64,000 nucleotides of DNA from an uncultured beta proteobacterium (GTDB taxonomy: Bacteria; Pseudomonadota; Gammaproteobacteria; Burkholderiales; Burkholderiaceae_C), in the NCBI GenBank assembly GCA_963814435.1, contig CAWFCV010000016.1:62689-126688 (forward strand), read 5' to 3'. How positions within the stretch are numbered: position 1 is the first letter of the stretch; every line of letters begins with the position of its first letter. Positions 27,220-37,899 of the stretch are shown here, piece after piece. Both the position numbers and the translations under genes were made by a program. Under the pieces are notes generated by a model. It saw nothing but the letters and a program-made list of their open reading frames with translations, made no database searches and had not been told where the DNA came from.

Positions 27220-27935
27220 CCGAAGAGCTGTTCCGCGAAGACCCGCGTCTGGCATCCTGCGAGGCACGGGTCACGGCCATCGACGAGCGCGGCATCCGGC
27301 TCGACCGTACCGTGTTCTACCCGCACGGCGGCGGACAGGCAGGCGACAGCGGCCTGCTGACGCTGGCCGATGGCCGCACGGTGCCGATCGCCGACACGAA
27401 GAAGGGTGCCGAGCCCGGCGAGATCGTGCACGTGCCGTCATCAGGCGCCGACCTGTCGGGGCTGCATGCCGGGGTGGCGGTGACGGCGCAGATCGACTGG
27501 GCGCGTCGCCATCGGCACATGCGCTTTCACACCGCGACGCACCTGTTGTGCGCGCTGATTCCGTATCCGGTGGACGGCTGCTCGATCACCGCGGACTATG
27601 CGCGGCTGGATTTCCACATGGTCGAGCCGCTCGACAAGGACGAGCTCACACGCGGCCTGGCGCGCCTGGTCGGCGAGGCGCATGCCGTCTCGCACCGCTG
27701 GATCAGCGAGGACGAACTCGATGCCAACCCGCAGTTGGTGCGCAGCATGAGCGTGCAGCCGCCGCGTGGCCTGGGGCGTGTGCGCGTGATGGCGATCGAC
27801 GGCGTCGACCTGCAGCCTTGCGGTGGCACGCACGTGGCCAACACCGCCGAGATCGGCACGGTGATCGTCACGAAGATCGAGAAGAAGAGCGCAAAGACGC
27901 GGCGCGTGGTGCTCGGCTTCGCCGAGCCTGCTTAG
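27216..27935 (+). CDS. AlaX-like protein (alanyl/threonyl-tRNA synthetase second additional domain, metal-dependent hydrolase)
   Basis: ATG 27216 (ATGA overlap), 239 aa. HTATHLLCAL (HxxxH) and QPCGGTHV (CxxxH) zinc motifs of the AlaX/SAD editing fold. Confidence 0.8.
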   Translation: MTEELFREDPRLASCEARVTAIDERGIRLDRTVFYPHGGGQAGDSGLLTLADGRTVPIADTKKGAEPGEIVHVPSSGADLSGLHAGVAVTAQIDWARRHRHMRFHTATHLLCALIPYPVDGCSITADYARLDFHMVEPLDKDELTRGLARLVGEAHAVSHRWISEDELDANPQLVRSMSVQPPRGLGRVRVMAIDGVDLQPCGGTHVANTAEIGTVIVTKIEKKSAKTRRVVLGFAEPA

Positions 27936-28033
27936 CGCGGCTCCCTTCAAGTGCACACCGCGGATCCGGCTCCGCCGGTCCGCCGGTGTGGCTCCTCGTG
28001 GGGGAGGCGGCCGCGAGGCCGCTGCGGGGGGTT

Positions 28034-28615
28034 TCAGTCTTTGTCCCCTTCGAAGCTGATGTTCAGCGCGATCTCGTCGCCCATCGCCGGAATGCCGTAC
28101 TTCATGCCGAAGTCCGAGCGCTTGACCTTGCCCACCGCGTTGCCGCCGCAGCGGTCCTTCTTGGTGAACGGATGCTGACCGCACTTGAAGCGTTCGAACG
28201 TCAGCGAAACCGGCTTGGTCACGCCCATCATCGTGAAGTTGCCGTCCACCGAGCTCGGCAGGTCGCCGGCGAAGTTCACCTTGGTGGACTTGAAGGTCAG
28301 GTTCGGGAATTCGGCGACGTTGAAGAAGTCCGCGCCGCGCAGGTGGTCGTCGCGCGATTGCGGGCGGCTGCCCTTCACGCCATCGCCGGTGTTGACCGAC
28401 GCGGCAGCGATCGTCAGATCGACTGCGCCGGTCTTGGCCTGCCGGTCGATCGAGAACTTGCCGGTCATCTTCTCGAAGCGGCCGTGCATCTGCGACAGGC
28501 CGAAATGTTCAACCCAGAAGTTCGGGTAGGCGTGCAGCGGGTCGATGGTGTAGTGGTCGGTGGCGCTGGCGGCCAGCGGCACGACGAGGGCCAACGCGGC
28601 CAGGGTGGACTTCAT
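28034..28615 (-). CDS. YceI-family periplasmic polyisoprenoid-binding protein
   Basis: ORF 28034..28636, start taken at MKSTLAALALVVPLAASA. YTIDPLHAYPNFWVEHFGLSQMHGRF is typical of YceI. Confidence 0.85.
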   Translation of the reverse strand: MKSTLAALALVVPLAASATDHYTIDPLHAYPNFWVEHFGLSQMHGRFEKMTGKFSIDRQAKTGAVDLTIAAASVNTGDGVKGSRPQSRDDHLRGADFFNVAEFPNLTFKSTKVNFAGDLPSSVDGNFTMMGVTKPVSLTFERFKCGQHPFTKKDRCGGNAVGKVKRSDFGMKYGIPAMGDEIALNISFEGDKD

Positions 28616-28642
28616 CAGAGGGGCTCCTGTTTTCAAGATGGG

Positions 28643-29495
28643 TCAACTGACCACGGAAGAACTGGCACGCGCGGCGAACCACGCGGCCAGCACGAACGGC
28701 AATGCACCCGCGACGGCCAGCGCCGTCACGGCGGCCAGGCGTGTGCGCAACACTGCACCGGCCATCAGCGGCCGAGCGGCGAGCACCGGCACCACCCACA
28801 GCAGCGGCAGCGCATACCAGGGCAATTGCGCCAGCACCGACGTGGCCGCGGCAAACAGCGCCAGGCCGAAGCCGAACGGGCAGCGTGCCGAGGTATCCGG
28901 GCGCGTGGCCGCGGTTGAGGACGAACTGCAGAAGGACCAGCGCACCGGTCCCGGCGGCCATCGCGACACCACCGACCAGGTAGCCGATCGAGGCCGACAG
29001 CAGCGCGGCGACACCCACCGCCAGGCCGCTGGCCACGCCGGCGGCGCCGCCCGCGGTGCCATCGTCGCGAAGGCGCAGCGCGAGCAACGTGTGTAGGCCG
29101 ACATACAAGGCCAGCGCAGCCGCCATGCCGATGCGCGGCGCCCACTCGCGCTGCCCGAGCACGCTCGCGAACACCCAGGCGGTGGACAGCCCGCACACGG
29201 CGGCGATCAACCAGGGCAGCCAGCGCGGGCCGGGCGACGCGAGGCGATCGAGCACGGCGCCGACCAACGGCGACAGCAGCACCAGCAGCGTCACCTTGCG
29301 TCCAGCGGTCAGCGGCTCGAAGCTCAGGCCCGAGGCGAGCGACACCGCGACCAGGTAGCCGGCCACCACCGCCAGCCAGGCGAAGCGGGTGCGCCACAGG
29401 GCGCCCGCCACCAACAACGCGACCACGAACGGCGCCACGCCGGCCTGGACCATCGGATGATTCAGCAGATCTTGCATGCGGGTGATGAACGTCAC
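28643..29495 (-). pseudogene. Hypothetical polytopic membrane protein, one frame step near 28910
   Basis: ORF 28509..29495 is hydrophobic up to ..LLQFVLNRGHAP, then turns Arg/Gly-rich. The hydrophobic continuation ..FGFGLALFAAATSVLAQLPWYALPLLWVVPVLAA.. lies in ORF 28643..29104. Confidence 0.5.
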
Positions 29496-29630
29496 TCAAA
29501 TCCGCCGGGGACGATTCCGCGCGTCGGGTGCGATGCCACGATGGCGCGAATCATCGGGGAGCGATGGACAGCGCTGTTTCGAAGGCGCTGTTGAGTGCGT
29601 TCAAAGCCCTTGATCGAAACCAAGGCGGCG

Positions 29631-29662
29631 GAAAGCAAAAGGGTCGCGCGAGCGCGACCCCT
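29631..29662 (-). terminator. Rho-independent terminator after cytochrome c' (minus strand)
   Basis: On the minus strand, GGGGTCGCGC-TC-GCGCGACCC followed by TTTTGCTTTCC, about 20 nt after the stop at 29681. Confidence 0.65.
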
Positions 29663-29680
29663 TGGCAAGGTTGGGCCGGA

Positions 29681-30150
29681 TCAGTTGGCGCTGTACTTCT
29701 CGGCGCGGAAGTCGTCGTGGCAGGCCTTGCAGGCCTTGCCGATGTCGCCGACGGCGGTCTTCACCGCCTCGAGGTTGCCGCTCTTGGCGGCGGCCTCGAG
29801 CTTATCGGCCTCGCCCTGCATCTTGCCCTGCAGGTCCTTGAACTTGGCCTGCTCCTTCCAGATTTCGGGCTTGGCGCGGGTCGGCATGCCCTTGTCGGTG
29901 CCTTCGGCGAAGGCCACCCACGGCAGCTTGGACATCGTGACCACGATCTGCGCGTTGGCGGCGGCGGCGCCGGCGTCGAATGGAACGGGCCCTTTGCCAT
30001 CGCACCGATGCGGCCCAGATGGTTGGCCATCACCGTCAACGCGCTCTGGCGGTACTTGATCGCATCCTCGGGCTTCTGGAATTGCGCCGCGGCGGGCAGG
30101 CTGACGAGCGCGGCAAGGGTGGCGGCCGTGGCCACGAGCAGACGTTTCAT
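29681..30150 (-). pseudogene. Cytochrome c' (class II cytochrome c), one frame step
   Basis: MKRLLVATAATLAALVSLPAAAQFQKPEDAIKYRQSALTVMANHLGRIGAMAKG (ORF 29761..30150) continues as PFDAGAAAANAQIVVTMSKLPW...GDIGKACKACHDDFRAEK (tail of ORF 29681..31300). C-terminal CxxCH heme motif. The shift at ~29990 looks like a one-base loss in a C run. Confidence 0.85.
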
Positions 30151-30352
30151 TCAAATTCCTCCAGCTACAGGTTGATTCGGATGACAGCCGGGTGCGGTGC
30201 CGGCACCGCGGGCGTCGGGCAGTGTACGGGTTTGCGTGCCGGGATATTCCGCCCTCAGTGCTTCTACTGATGCGGCTGGATCGACCGACCGTGTGGCGCG
30301 GACGCAGTTCCGCTATCGTGGCGGTCCCTTCTGGCACCTGGAGCCACGCGGT

Positions 30353-31054
30353 ATGAGCGACCCGGCCGAAATGCAAGCCCCGCCGACCAAGCCGGTGCGC
30401 GTGTGGGACCTGCCGACGCGGCTGTTCCACTGGGCGCTGGCGGTCGGCGTGCTGAGTCAGATCGTCACCGCCAAGATCGGCGGCAACGCGATGGCCTGGC
30501 ATTTCCGCATCGGCTACGTGGTGTTTGCGCTGATCGGCTTTCGCCTGATCTGGGGCTTCATCGGCGGTCACTGGTCGCGCTTTTCGAGCTTCATCTACGC
30601 GCCGGCCACCGTGATGCGCTACCTGCGTGGCGAGCAACGTGTGGGCGACCTGTTCCATGTCGGCCACAACCCGCTGGGCAGCGGTTCGGTGCTGGCCATG
30701 CTGGCGCTGCTGGCCGCGCAGATCGCCACCGGCCTGGTGGCCGATGACGAGATCTCGAACACCGGCCCGCTGAATCGGCTGGTATCCAGCGCGGTGGCCA
30801 CGAACGCGACCGCCTGGCACAAAGGTCCGGGCCAGGCCCTTCTGATCACGCTGATCGTGCTGCACGTCGGCGCCATCATTTACTACCGTATTCGCAGGAA
30901 GCAGAACCTGGTGCGGCCGATGATCACCGGCGACAAGGACTTGAGCGGCGACGTGCCGGCGAGTGCCGACACGCGGCTGACGCGGGTGCGCGCGCTGGCG
31001 CTGATCGTGGTCTGGGCGGGCATCGTCGCGTCGGTGCTCAAGCTGGGCGGCTGA
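30353..31054 (+). CDS. Cytochrome b (Ni/Fe-hydrogenase b-type / cytochrome b561-like, PF01292-type) membrane protein
   Basis: ATG 30353 in ORF 30197..31054. VRVWDLPTRLFHWALAVGVL, four TM helices with conserved His (HWAL, HVGHNPLG, HKG, LHVG). Divergent from cytochrome c'. Confidence 0.8.
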   Translation: MSDPAEMQAPPTKPVRVWDLPTRLFHWALAVGVLSQIVTAKIGGNAMAWHFRIGYVVFALIGFRLIWGFIGGHWSRFSSFIYAPATVMRYLRGEQRVGDLFHVGHNPLGSGSVLAMLALLAAQIATGLVADDEISNTGPLNRLVSSAVATNATAWHKGPGQALLITLIVLHVGAIIYYRIRRKQNLVRPMITGDKDLSGDVPASADTRLTRVRALALIVVWAGIVASVLKLGG

Positions 31055-31057
31055 CCG

Positions 31058-31575
31058 GTGGCGCGGCGCAAGGCGGCGGTGCAGCCGGCGCCGACCATCA
31101 CGCTCGAGACGCCCGTCGACGCGCGGCGCCTGGACGCCACGCGCGAGATCTTTCGCGAGTACGCGCGCGGCCTGGGCGTCGACCTGTGCTTCCAGAATTT
31201 CGAGGCCGAGCTGGCGGCGCTGCCCGGCGAGTACGCCGCGCCGCGGCGGCGCGCTGCTGCTGGCCCTGGTCGACGGGGCGGTCGCCGCGTGCGGCGCCAT
31301 GCGACCGCTGGACGATGTGGACTATGCCAACGCCTGCGAGATGAAGCGCCTGTACGTGCGGCCGGGCTACCGCCGCCTCGGCCTGGGCCGCATCCTCGCG
31401 CAGGCGCTGATGGACCAGGCGCGTGCGCGCGGGCTACTCGGTGATGCTGCTCGACACGCTGGACGACATGGAGGCCGCGCGCGGCCTGTACGCGTCGCTG
31501 GGATTCGAGGAGATACCGCCGTACTACTTCAACCCGATCCCGGGCGCGCACTATCTGAAGGTGCAGCTGCGCTGA
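31058..31575 (+). pseudogene. GNAT-family N-acetyltransferase, two +1 frame steps
   Basis: ..[30 protein letters not shown] / [62 protein letters not shown] / [45 protein letters not shown]. Shifts near 31247 and 31437. Confidence 0.7.
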
Positions 31576-31659
31576 AGCCGGGCTGGTCCGCCGTCGCGCA
31601 TCGAGTCCGTCGCCTGGCCTGCTAGGCTATCGGCACTCGGCATGCCCGGGAGGCCCACG

Positions 31660-32478
31660 ATGAATCCGTTTCGCCAGTTGCTCATGTCCGCCGGCAGCCA
31701 GCCCACGTTGGGCACCTGGATCGTGTCGGCCAGCCCGATCGTGGCCGAGGCCATGGGCCATGCCGGATTCGAATGGGGCGTGATCGACATGGAGCACACG
31801 CCGCTGGACATGATGGGCGTGGTGCACCTGCTGCAGGCGGTGGGCAACACGCGCATGGTGCCGCTGGTGCGCGTGCCGTGGAACGACGCGGTCACCGTCA
31901 AGCGCGTGCTCGACGCGGGCGCCACCACGCTGCTGGTGCCGTTCGTCCAGAACGCCGACGAGGCGCGCCAGGCGGTCGCGGCCACGCGTTATCCGCCGGC
32001 GGGCATTCGCGGCGTGGCCGGCATGAGCCGCGCGTCGAAGTTCGGCACGACGCCCAACTACCTGAAGAACGCCGACCAGGGCATGGGCGTGGTGGTGCAG
32101 CTCGAGACCGAGGCCGCGATGCGCGCGCTCGACAGCATCGCCGCGGTCGATGGCATCGACGCGCTGTTCATCGGTCCGTCCGACCTGGCCGGCAGCATGG
32201 GCTACACCGGCCAGCCGCTGCACCCGGCCGTCGTCGAGCTCACGACGCAGGCGGTGCAGCGTTGCCGCGCCCTCGGCAAGCCGATCGGCACGCTCGGTGC
32301 CACCCCCGACCAGGTGGTGCACTATCGCGCGATGGGCTTCAACTATCTGGCCGTGTCGTCCGATCTCGGGCTGCTGATGCGCGGCGCGACCTCGACACTG
32401 CAATCGCTGCGCACGCAGGAGGGCACGTTGCACGTGCACACCCTCACCACCGGCACCCACACCGAGGCCGGCCTCTGA
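31660..32478 (+). CDS. HpcH/HpaI-family 2-keto-3-deoxy-acid aldolase
   Basis: ORF 31642..32478. GTWIVSASPIVAEAMGHAGFEWGVIDMEHTP, VRVPWND, VQLETEAA, LFIGPSDLAGSMG. Confidence 0.85.
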   Translation: MNPFRQLLMSAGSQPTLGTWIVSASPIVAEAMGHAGFEWGVIDMEHTPLDMMGVVHLLQAVGNTRMVPLVRVPWNDAVTVKRVLDAGATTLLVPFVQNADEARQAVAATRYPPAGIRGVAGMSRASKFGTTPNYLKNADQGMGVVVQLETEAAMRALDSIAAVDGIDALFIGPSDLAGSMGYTGQPLHPAVVELTTQAVQRCRALGKPIGTLGATPDQVVHYRAMGFNYLAVSSDLGLLMRGATSTLQSLRTQEGTLHVHTLTTGTHTEAGL

Positions 32479-32520
32479 ACCAACACCGGGCCGCGCACGC
32501 CCATCCAGAACTGGAACCCG

Positions 32521-33376
32521 ATGACTTCGATCAGTGCGCCGACCCTGCAAGCCGGCCCGTTGCGAATGAGCCTGCGCCCCGACCTCGGCGGCGTGATTGC
32601 CGGCCTGTGGCTGGACGATTTGCCGGTGTTGCGCAGCGAGGCGTCCGAGGCGCTGACCGAGTGCGCGCCGCGCAGGCTGTTTTCCGCTGGTGCCTTACTC
32701 CAACCGGCTCGGTTACCGGCGTTTCCAGTGGAAGGGCCGCCACTACGCGACACTGGCCAACGTCGAAGACGAGCCGCATTCGCTGCACGGCGTGGGCTGG
32801 CGGCGCGCCTGGCAGACGGTGTCGGCGTCGGACGACCGCGCGGTGCTCGAGTTGACGAATCCGGGTGACGGCGACTGGCCCTTCGGGTTTCATGTCGAGC
32901 AGGTGTTCGAACTGACGCCGAGCGCGCTGCGCGTCACGATGACGGCCACCAACATCGACTCGCGCAGCGCGCCGATGGGCCTGGGCTGGCACCCGTACTT
33001 TCCCAAGCGCCAGCGCAGCCGCTTGCATGTCGAGGTCGCCGGGCGCTGGGAATCCGACGCGCAGAAGCTGCCGGTGCGCTGCGTGCCTCAGCCGGGCATC
33101 GACGCCGACCTGGCGGTGCTGGACTTCGACAACTGCTTCGAAGGCTGGCGCGGCGAGGCCCGGCTGCGCGACGAGCGGCTGTCGCTGCGCCTGAGCTCGT
33201 CGCTCGACCGGGCGGTGGTGTACACGCCGCGCGACCGCCCGTATTTCTGCGTCGAACCGGTCAGCCATGTCAACAACGCGGTCCACATGGCCGAGCCCGC
33301 CGCGCACGGCTTGCGCACGCTCGAGCCGACGCAATCGATGAGCGCGTGGATGCTGCTGCAAGTCGCGCGCGCCTGA
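32521..33376 (+). pseudogene. Aldose 1-epimerase family protein, one +1 frame step (~32650-32680)
   Basis: N-terminus in ORF 32521..32868, then CFPLVPYSNRLGYRRFQWKGRHY...HSLHGVGW...GLGWHPYF...FCVEPVSH in ORF 32690..33376. Confidence 0.75.
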
Positions 33377-33407
33377 GGGCCTGGTCACGATCGCGGCGCT
33401 CGCTCCG

Positions 33408-34286
33408 TTGCCTGGCCCGCCGTCGCTGCTGGGCGAGTCGCCGTTCTGGCATCCGACGCAAGCCTCGCTCTATTGGTGCGATGTGCCCGGGCGGCGGCTA
33501 GAGCGCTGGCATGCGGCCACGGGCCGGCGCGACAGCTGGGCGCTCGATGCCGAGCCGGGTTGCTGTGCCCCGCTGCTGGGCGGTGGCCTGCTGCTGGCGT
33601 TGCGCGACGGACTGTGGTGCTTCGACGCGGACACCGGCACCCGCCGGCTGCTGGCGGCGGCGCCTTATGACCCGGCGGAGCAACGCTTCAACGATGGCAA
33701 GGCCGACCCGATGGGGCGGTTCTGGGTGGGCACGCTGCACGAGCCACGAGATCGGCCGGCGGCGGTGCTGTACCGCTGGGCCGCTGGTCGGCTGCGGCCG
33801 ATGGCCGGCGGGGTGATCAACAGCAACGGCCTGGCCTGGAGCCCGGATGCGCGCACCATGTACTGGAGCGACACCGCGGCGCACACCGTGCATGCCTTCG
33901 ACTTTGACGGCCAGCAAGGCCAGCTGTCGAACCGGCGCGTGTTCAAGCGCTTCGAGCCGCGTTTGTCGGGCCAGCCCCTGGAGGCATACGGTGGCCGTCC
34001 CGACGGTGCCGCGGTCGACGCCGATGGTTGCCTGTGGCTGGCGATGTACGAAGGCGCGCGCCTGGTGCGACTGGACCCGCAGGCGAGGTTGATCGACGAG
34101 GTGCCACTGCCGGTGCGCTGCCCGACGATGCCGTGCTTCGGCGGGGCCGACCTGCGCACCTTGTTCGTCGCCACGGCCTGCCACGGTCGGCCAGCGCCGG
34201 AGCGGGCCCGCCAGCCCGAGGCCGGCTCGGTGTTGTGCTTCGCGGCCGACGTGCAGGGCTTGCCGGTCAATTTCGCGCAGGTTTGA
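33408..34286 (+). CDS. SMP-30/gluconolactonase/LRE-family lactonase
   Basis: 292 aa. LGESPFWHP..SLYWCDV, NDGKADPMGRFWVGT, SNGLAWSPD, GRPDGAAVDADGCLWLA. The TTG start is uncertain. Confidence 0.85.
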   Translation: MPGPPSLLGESPFWHPTQASLYWCDVPGRRLERWHAATGRRDSWALDAEPGCCAPLLGGGLLLALRDGLWCFDADTGTRRLLAAAPYDPAEQRFNDGKADPMGRFWVGTLHEPRDRPAAVLYRWAAGRLRPMAGGVINSNGLAWSPDARTMYWSDTAAHTVHAFDFDGQQGQLSNRRVFKRFEPRLSGQPLEAYGGRPDGAAVDADGCLWLAMYEGARLVRLDPQARLIDEVPLPVRCPTMPCFGGADLRTLFVATACHGRPAPERARQPEAGSVLCFAADVQGLPVNFAQV

Positions 34287-34304
34287 CGGCGCACGCCACC
34301 GGGT

Positions 34305-35462
34305 TCAACGCGACGCGCCGGACATCGCGCGCATCGGCAACGGCCTGCGCGCCGGCAGGCGCCGCGTCTCGCCCAGCGCCAGCGTGAAGAACGCTGCGTC
34401 GGCCAGCGCCCTGGGCCTGGCGCGCGGCGGCCAGCGCGCGCGGCGGCTCGTCGAGCGACTCGTCGGTCAGCGCGAAGGTGCCCCAGTGGATGCCCAGCGA
34501 GGCCTTGGCGCCGAGGTCGCGGTGGACGCGCACGGCCTCGTCGGGATTGATGTGCTGGCTCTGCATGAACCAGCGCGGCTCGTAGGCGCCGATCGGCAGC
34601 AGCGCGATGTCGAAGCCGCCGCCGAGCGCCGGCGTCTGCCGCTCGGCAAAGCGTTCGCGGATGTCCTGGAAGTCCTTCGAGTAGCCGGTGTCGCCGGCGA
34701 AGAACAGGTGCAGCTGCGGCGAGAACACCGCGTAGCCGCCCCACAGCGTGCGCAGGCGGTCGGTCAGGCCGCGCCCCGACCAGTGCTGCACCGGCGTCAG
34801 CACGATCTCCAGCGCGCCGAGGCGGTGCGACTGCCACCAGTCGAGCTCGACCACGTTGTCGATGCCGCGGTCGGCGAACCAGGCCTTCAGGCCCAGCGGC
34901 ACGACGAACAGCGGCGGCCCGCCCGGTTGCGCCGCCAGGCTGCGCACGCTGGCCTCGTCGAGGTGGTCGTAGTGGTTGTGCGAGATCAGCACCAGGTCGA
35001 TGTGCGGCAACTCGTTGAACCACAGCCCGGGCTTGTGCTTGCGCACCGGCCCGACGAACGACAGCGGCGAAGCCCGGTCGGAGAAGATCGGATCGGTCAG
35101 CAGGTTCAGGCCGCCCAGCTGCGCCAGCACCGTGGCATGCCCGACCCAGGTGACGGTGGGCTGCATCTGCGCGCCGGCGCGGGCGTTGGACTGGATCAGC
35201 CCGAGGTCGGGCACCAGCAGCGGCGTCGGCGTGGCCGGCGGGCGCGGCAGGCCCTCGCGCCACGACGCGAACTGCCAGCGCGCCAAAGCCATCAGCCCCT
35301 TGGGCTCGAAGTCGAGGTAGTTGTTCTGGAAGCCGTTCTGCCGATGGTGCGGTGGCTGGCCGGCAACGCGTCCGCCGTCGCCCGCGCAGGCGGCCAGGCC
35401 CAGGCGTCAGCAGCGCGCCGACGACCAGGCGGCGTGCCAGCAGCGATCAAGGCATGAATCAT
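34305..35462 (-). pseudogene. MBL-fold metallo-hydrolase lipoprotein (NAPE-PLD-like), about three frame disruptions
   Basis: Core in ORF 34267..35292 (HIDLVLISHNHYDHLD, FFAGDTGY, HWGTF). Reconstructed N-terminus MIHALIAA-RRLVVGALLT-LGLAACAGDGG..PPHHRQNGFQNNYLDFEPKGL needs shifts at ~35433 and ~35403. C-terminus ..AQG-LADAAFFTLALGETRRL needs one at ~34412. Confidence 0.72.
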
Positions 35463-35598
35463 CAAACGGCGGCCTTCTTCGTGCCAAGCCGCGATTGGAG
35501 CGCAAGTGGCGCGTTCGTGTCGGCTGGTGTCGGCCGTATCGGGTGATTCCGTATAATCCCGCGGTTTGCCGACAACGGCCTGGCCAGGGAATGCGACG

Positions 35599-36086
35599 AT
35601 GTCCGAACCGAAGCCCCGGTCCGACGCGTGGCGCGACTGGAAAGAGGACGACGCGGCAGACGACGGCTTCAAACGCCTGACGCCGTGAAGAGGCGGCGGC
35701 GCTGAGGGCAAAGGACCCGCCGGTGTCGCCCTGGCGGGTGGTCGCGGTGCAAGCCGCGGTCGGCGCAGGGGTCGCGCTGTTGGCGTGGCTGCGTCGGTGG
35801 CGGACGGGAGTTTGCATGGTCGGCGCTGTATGGCGCCGTCACGGCGGTGGTGCCGGGCGCGTTGATGGCGCGCGGCATGACCAGCCGGCTGTCGAGCCTG
35901 TCGCCTGCGGTCTCGGCTGTCAGCGTCATGTTATGGGAGACGGTGAAAATCGCGGTTTCGGTGGCCCTGCTCGCGCTGGCTCCGAATCTGGTGCGACCGC
36001 TGAGTTGGCCGGCCCTGCTGGTCGCCCTGGCGGCGTGTTTGTCGGTGTACTGGTTCGCGCTGCTGTGGCGCGGCCGCAAGAGTTGA
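35599..36086 (+). pseudogene. atpI: ATP synthase protein I (AtpI), two +1 frame steps
   Basis: MSEPKPRSDAWRDWKEDDAADDGFKRLTP / EEAAALRAKDPPVSPWRVVAVQAAVGAGVALLAWL / SALYGAVTAVVPGALMARGMTS...LSVYWFALLWRGRKS. Shifts at 35686 and ~35805. First gene of the atp operon. Confidence 0.7.
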
Positions 36087-36108
36087 ACGAACAAGAGCGA
36101 CTTCAAAC

Positions 36109-37009
36109 ATGGCAGCCGAATCGCACGCAGCACCGAGCGCCGGTGACTACATCGTTCACCACCTGACCCACCTGCAGAACGCCAAGCCGAAGGGGCTGGT
36201 CGATCTGTCGGTCGTCAACTGGGATTCGGTGATCTTTTCGGTCGCGCTCGGCGTGATCGGCTGCTGGCTGTTGTGGCTGGTCGCGCGCAGGGCGACGTCG
36301 GGCGTGCCGGGCCGCTTTCAGGCGGCGGTGGAGTTCCTGGTCGACATGGTCGACAACCAGGCCAAGGGCATCGTGCACAACGCCCAGAGCCGCAAGCTGG
36401 TGGCGCCGATGGCGCTCACCGTCTTCGTCTGGATCATCCTGCTCAATGCGATGGACCTGCTGCCGGTGGATCTGCTGCCGATGATCTGGCAGGCCATCTA
36501 CGGCGCGGCCGGCCACGACCCGGCGCATGCCTACCTGCGGGTGGTGCCCACGGCCGACATCTCGGTGACGATGGGCCTGTCGATGGCGGTGCTGGTCGCC
36601 TGCCTGATCTACAACGTCAAGATCAAGGGTGCCGGCGGCTGGGCGCACGAGCTGATCGTCGCGCCATTCGGCACCGTCAAGCTGACGGCCAACCCGCTTG
36701 AGCTGGGTCTGCTTCCTCCTGTTGGCCGTGGCCAACTTCGCGATGCAGTTGCTGGAGTTCGTCTCCAAGACGGTGTCGCACGGCATGCGGCTGTACGGCA
36801 ACATGTACGCTGGCGAACTGATCTTCCTGCTGATCGCGCTGCTCGGCGGCGCGTTCACATTGTCGGCGACCGGTTTCGCGCTGGCGCTGATGCACATCGC
36901 AGCCGGCACCGTGTGGGCCATCTTCCACATTCTGATCATCGTGCTGCAGGCCTACGTCTTCATGATGTTGACGCTGGTCTACATCGGCCAGGCGCACGAC
37001 TCGCACTGA
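36109..37009 (+). pseudogene. atpB: F0F1 ATP synthase subunit a, one +1 frame step near 36697
   Basis: ORF 36109.. (DYIVHHLTHLQ...LLNAMDLLPVDLLP) joins ORF 36698..37009 ([18 protein letters not shown]...[19 protein letters not shown]). Confidence 0.9.
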
Positions 37010-37034
37010 CCCGTTTCGTGCCACCGATCCCTGA

Positions 37035-37346
<312 letters not shown>

Positions 37347-37427
37347 TCCGGATCGCCCCGACCGGGGCGCCCCGCGGTGGCGCCGGTTCGCCGGCCCGCC
37401 GTTCCACACCGTGATTGAGGCCATGCC

Positions 37428-37898
37428 GTGAGCATCACCAGCACCCTGATCATTCAGATGATCGTGTTCCTGATCCTGATCTGGTTCACGATGAGATTCG
37501 TCTGGCCGCCGATCATGGCCGCCCTGGACGAGCGCGCCAAGAAGGTCGCCGACGGCCTGTCGGCCGCCGACAAGGCCAAGGCCGAACTCGCCACCGCCAA
37601 CAAGCGCGTCGAGCAGCAGCTCGCCGCGGCGCGCGACGACGCGGCCAAGCGCCTGGCCGACGCCGAGCGCCTGGCGCACCAGATGGTCGAGGAGGCCAAG
37701 GGCCGGGCCAGCGAAGAGGGCGCGAAGATCATCGCCCAGGCCAAGGCCGAGGCCGAGCAGGAGTCGGTGAAGGCGCGCGAGGCGCTGCGCTCGCAGGTCG
37801 CGGGCCTGGCCGTCAAGGGCGCCGAGGCGATCCTGCGCAAAGAGGTCAACGCCGGCGTGCACGCCGATCTGCTGAACCGCCTGAAGTCCGAGCTCTGA
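37428..37898 (+). CDS. atpF: F0F1 ATP synthase subunit b
   Basis: 156 aa. Single N-terminal TM ([23 protein letters not shown]), then a long Ala/Glu/Lys-rich helix. Confidence 0.92.
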   Translation: MSITSTLIIQMIVFLILIWFTMRFVWPPIMAALDERAKKVADGLSAADKAKAELATANKRVEQQLAAARDDAAKRLADAERLAHQMVEEAKGRASEEGAKIIAQAKAEAEQESVKAREALRSQVAGLAVKGAEAILRKEVNAGVHADLLNRLKSEL

Positions 37899-37899
37899 C

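Noticed and set aside
35462-35598. Sigma-70 promoter for the atp operon (TATAAT at 35552-35557)
   Set aside because: The -10 hexamer is perfect, but I could not find a convincing -35 element at 16-19 bp spacing. It is therefore left as an untested possibility and not listed as a feature.
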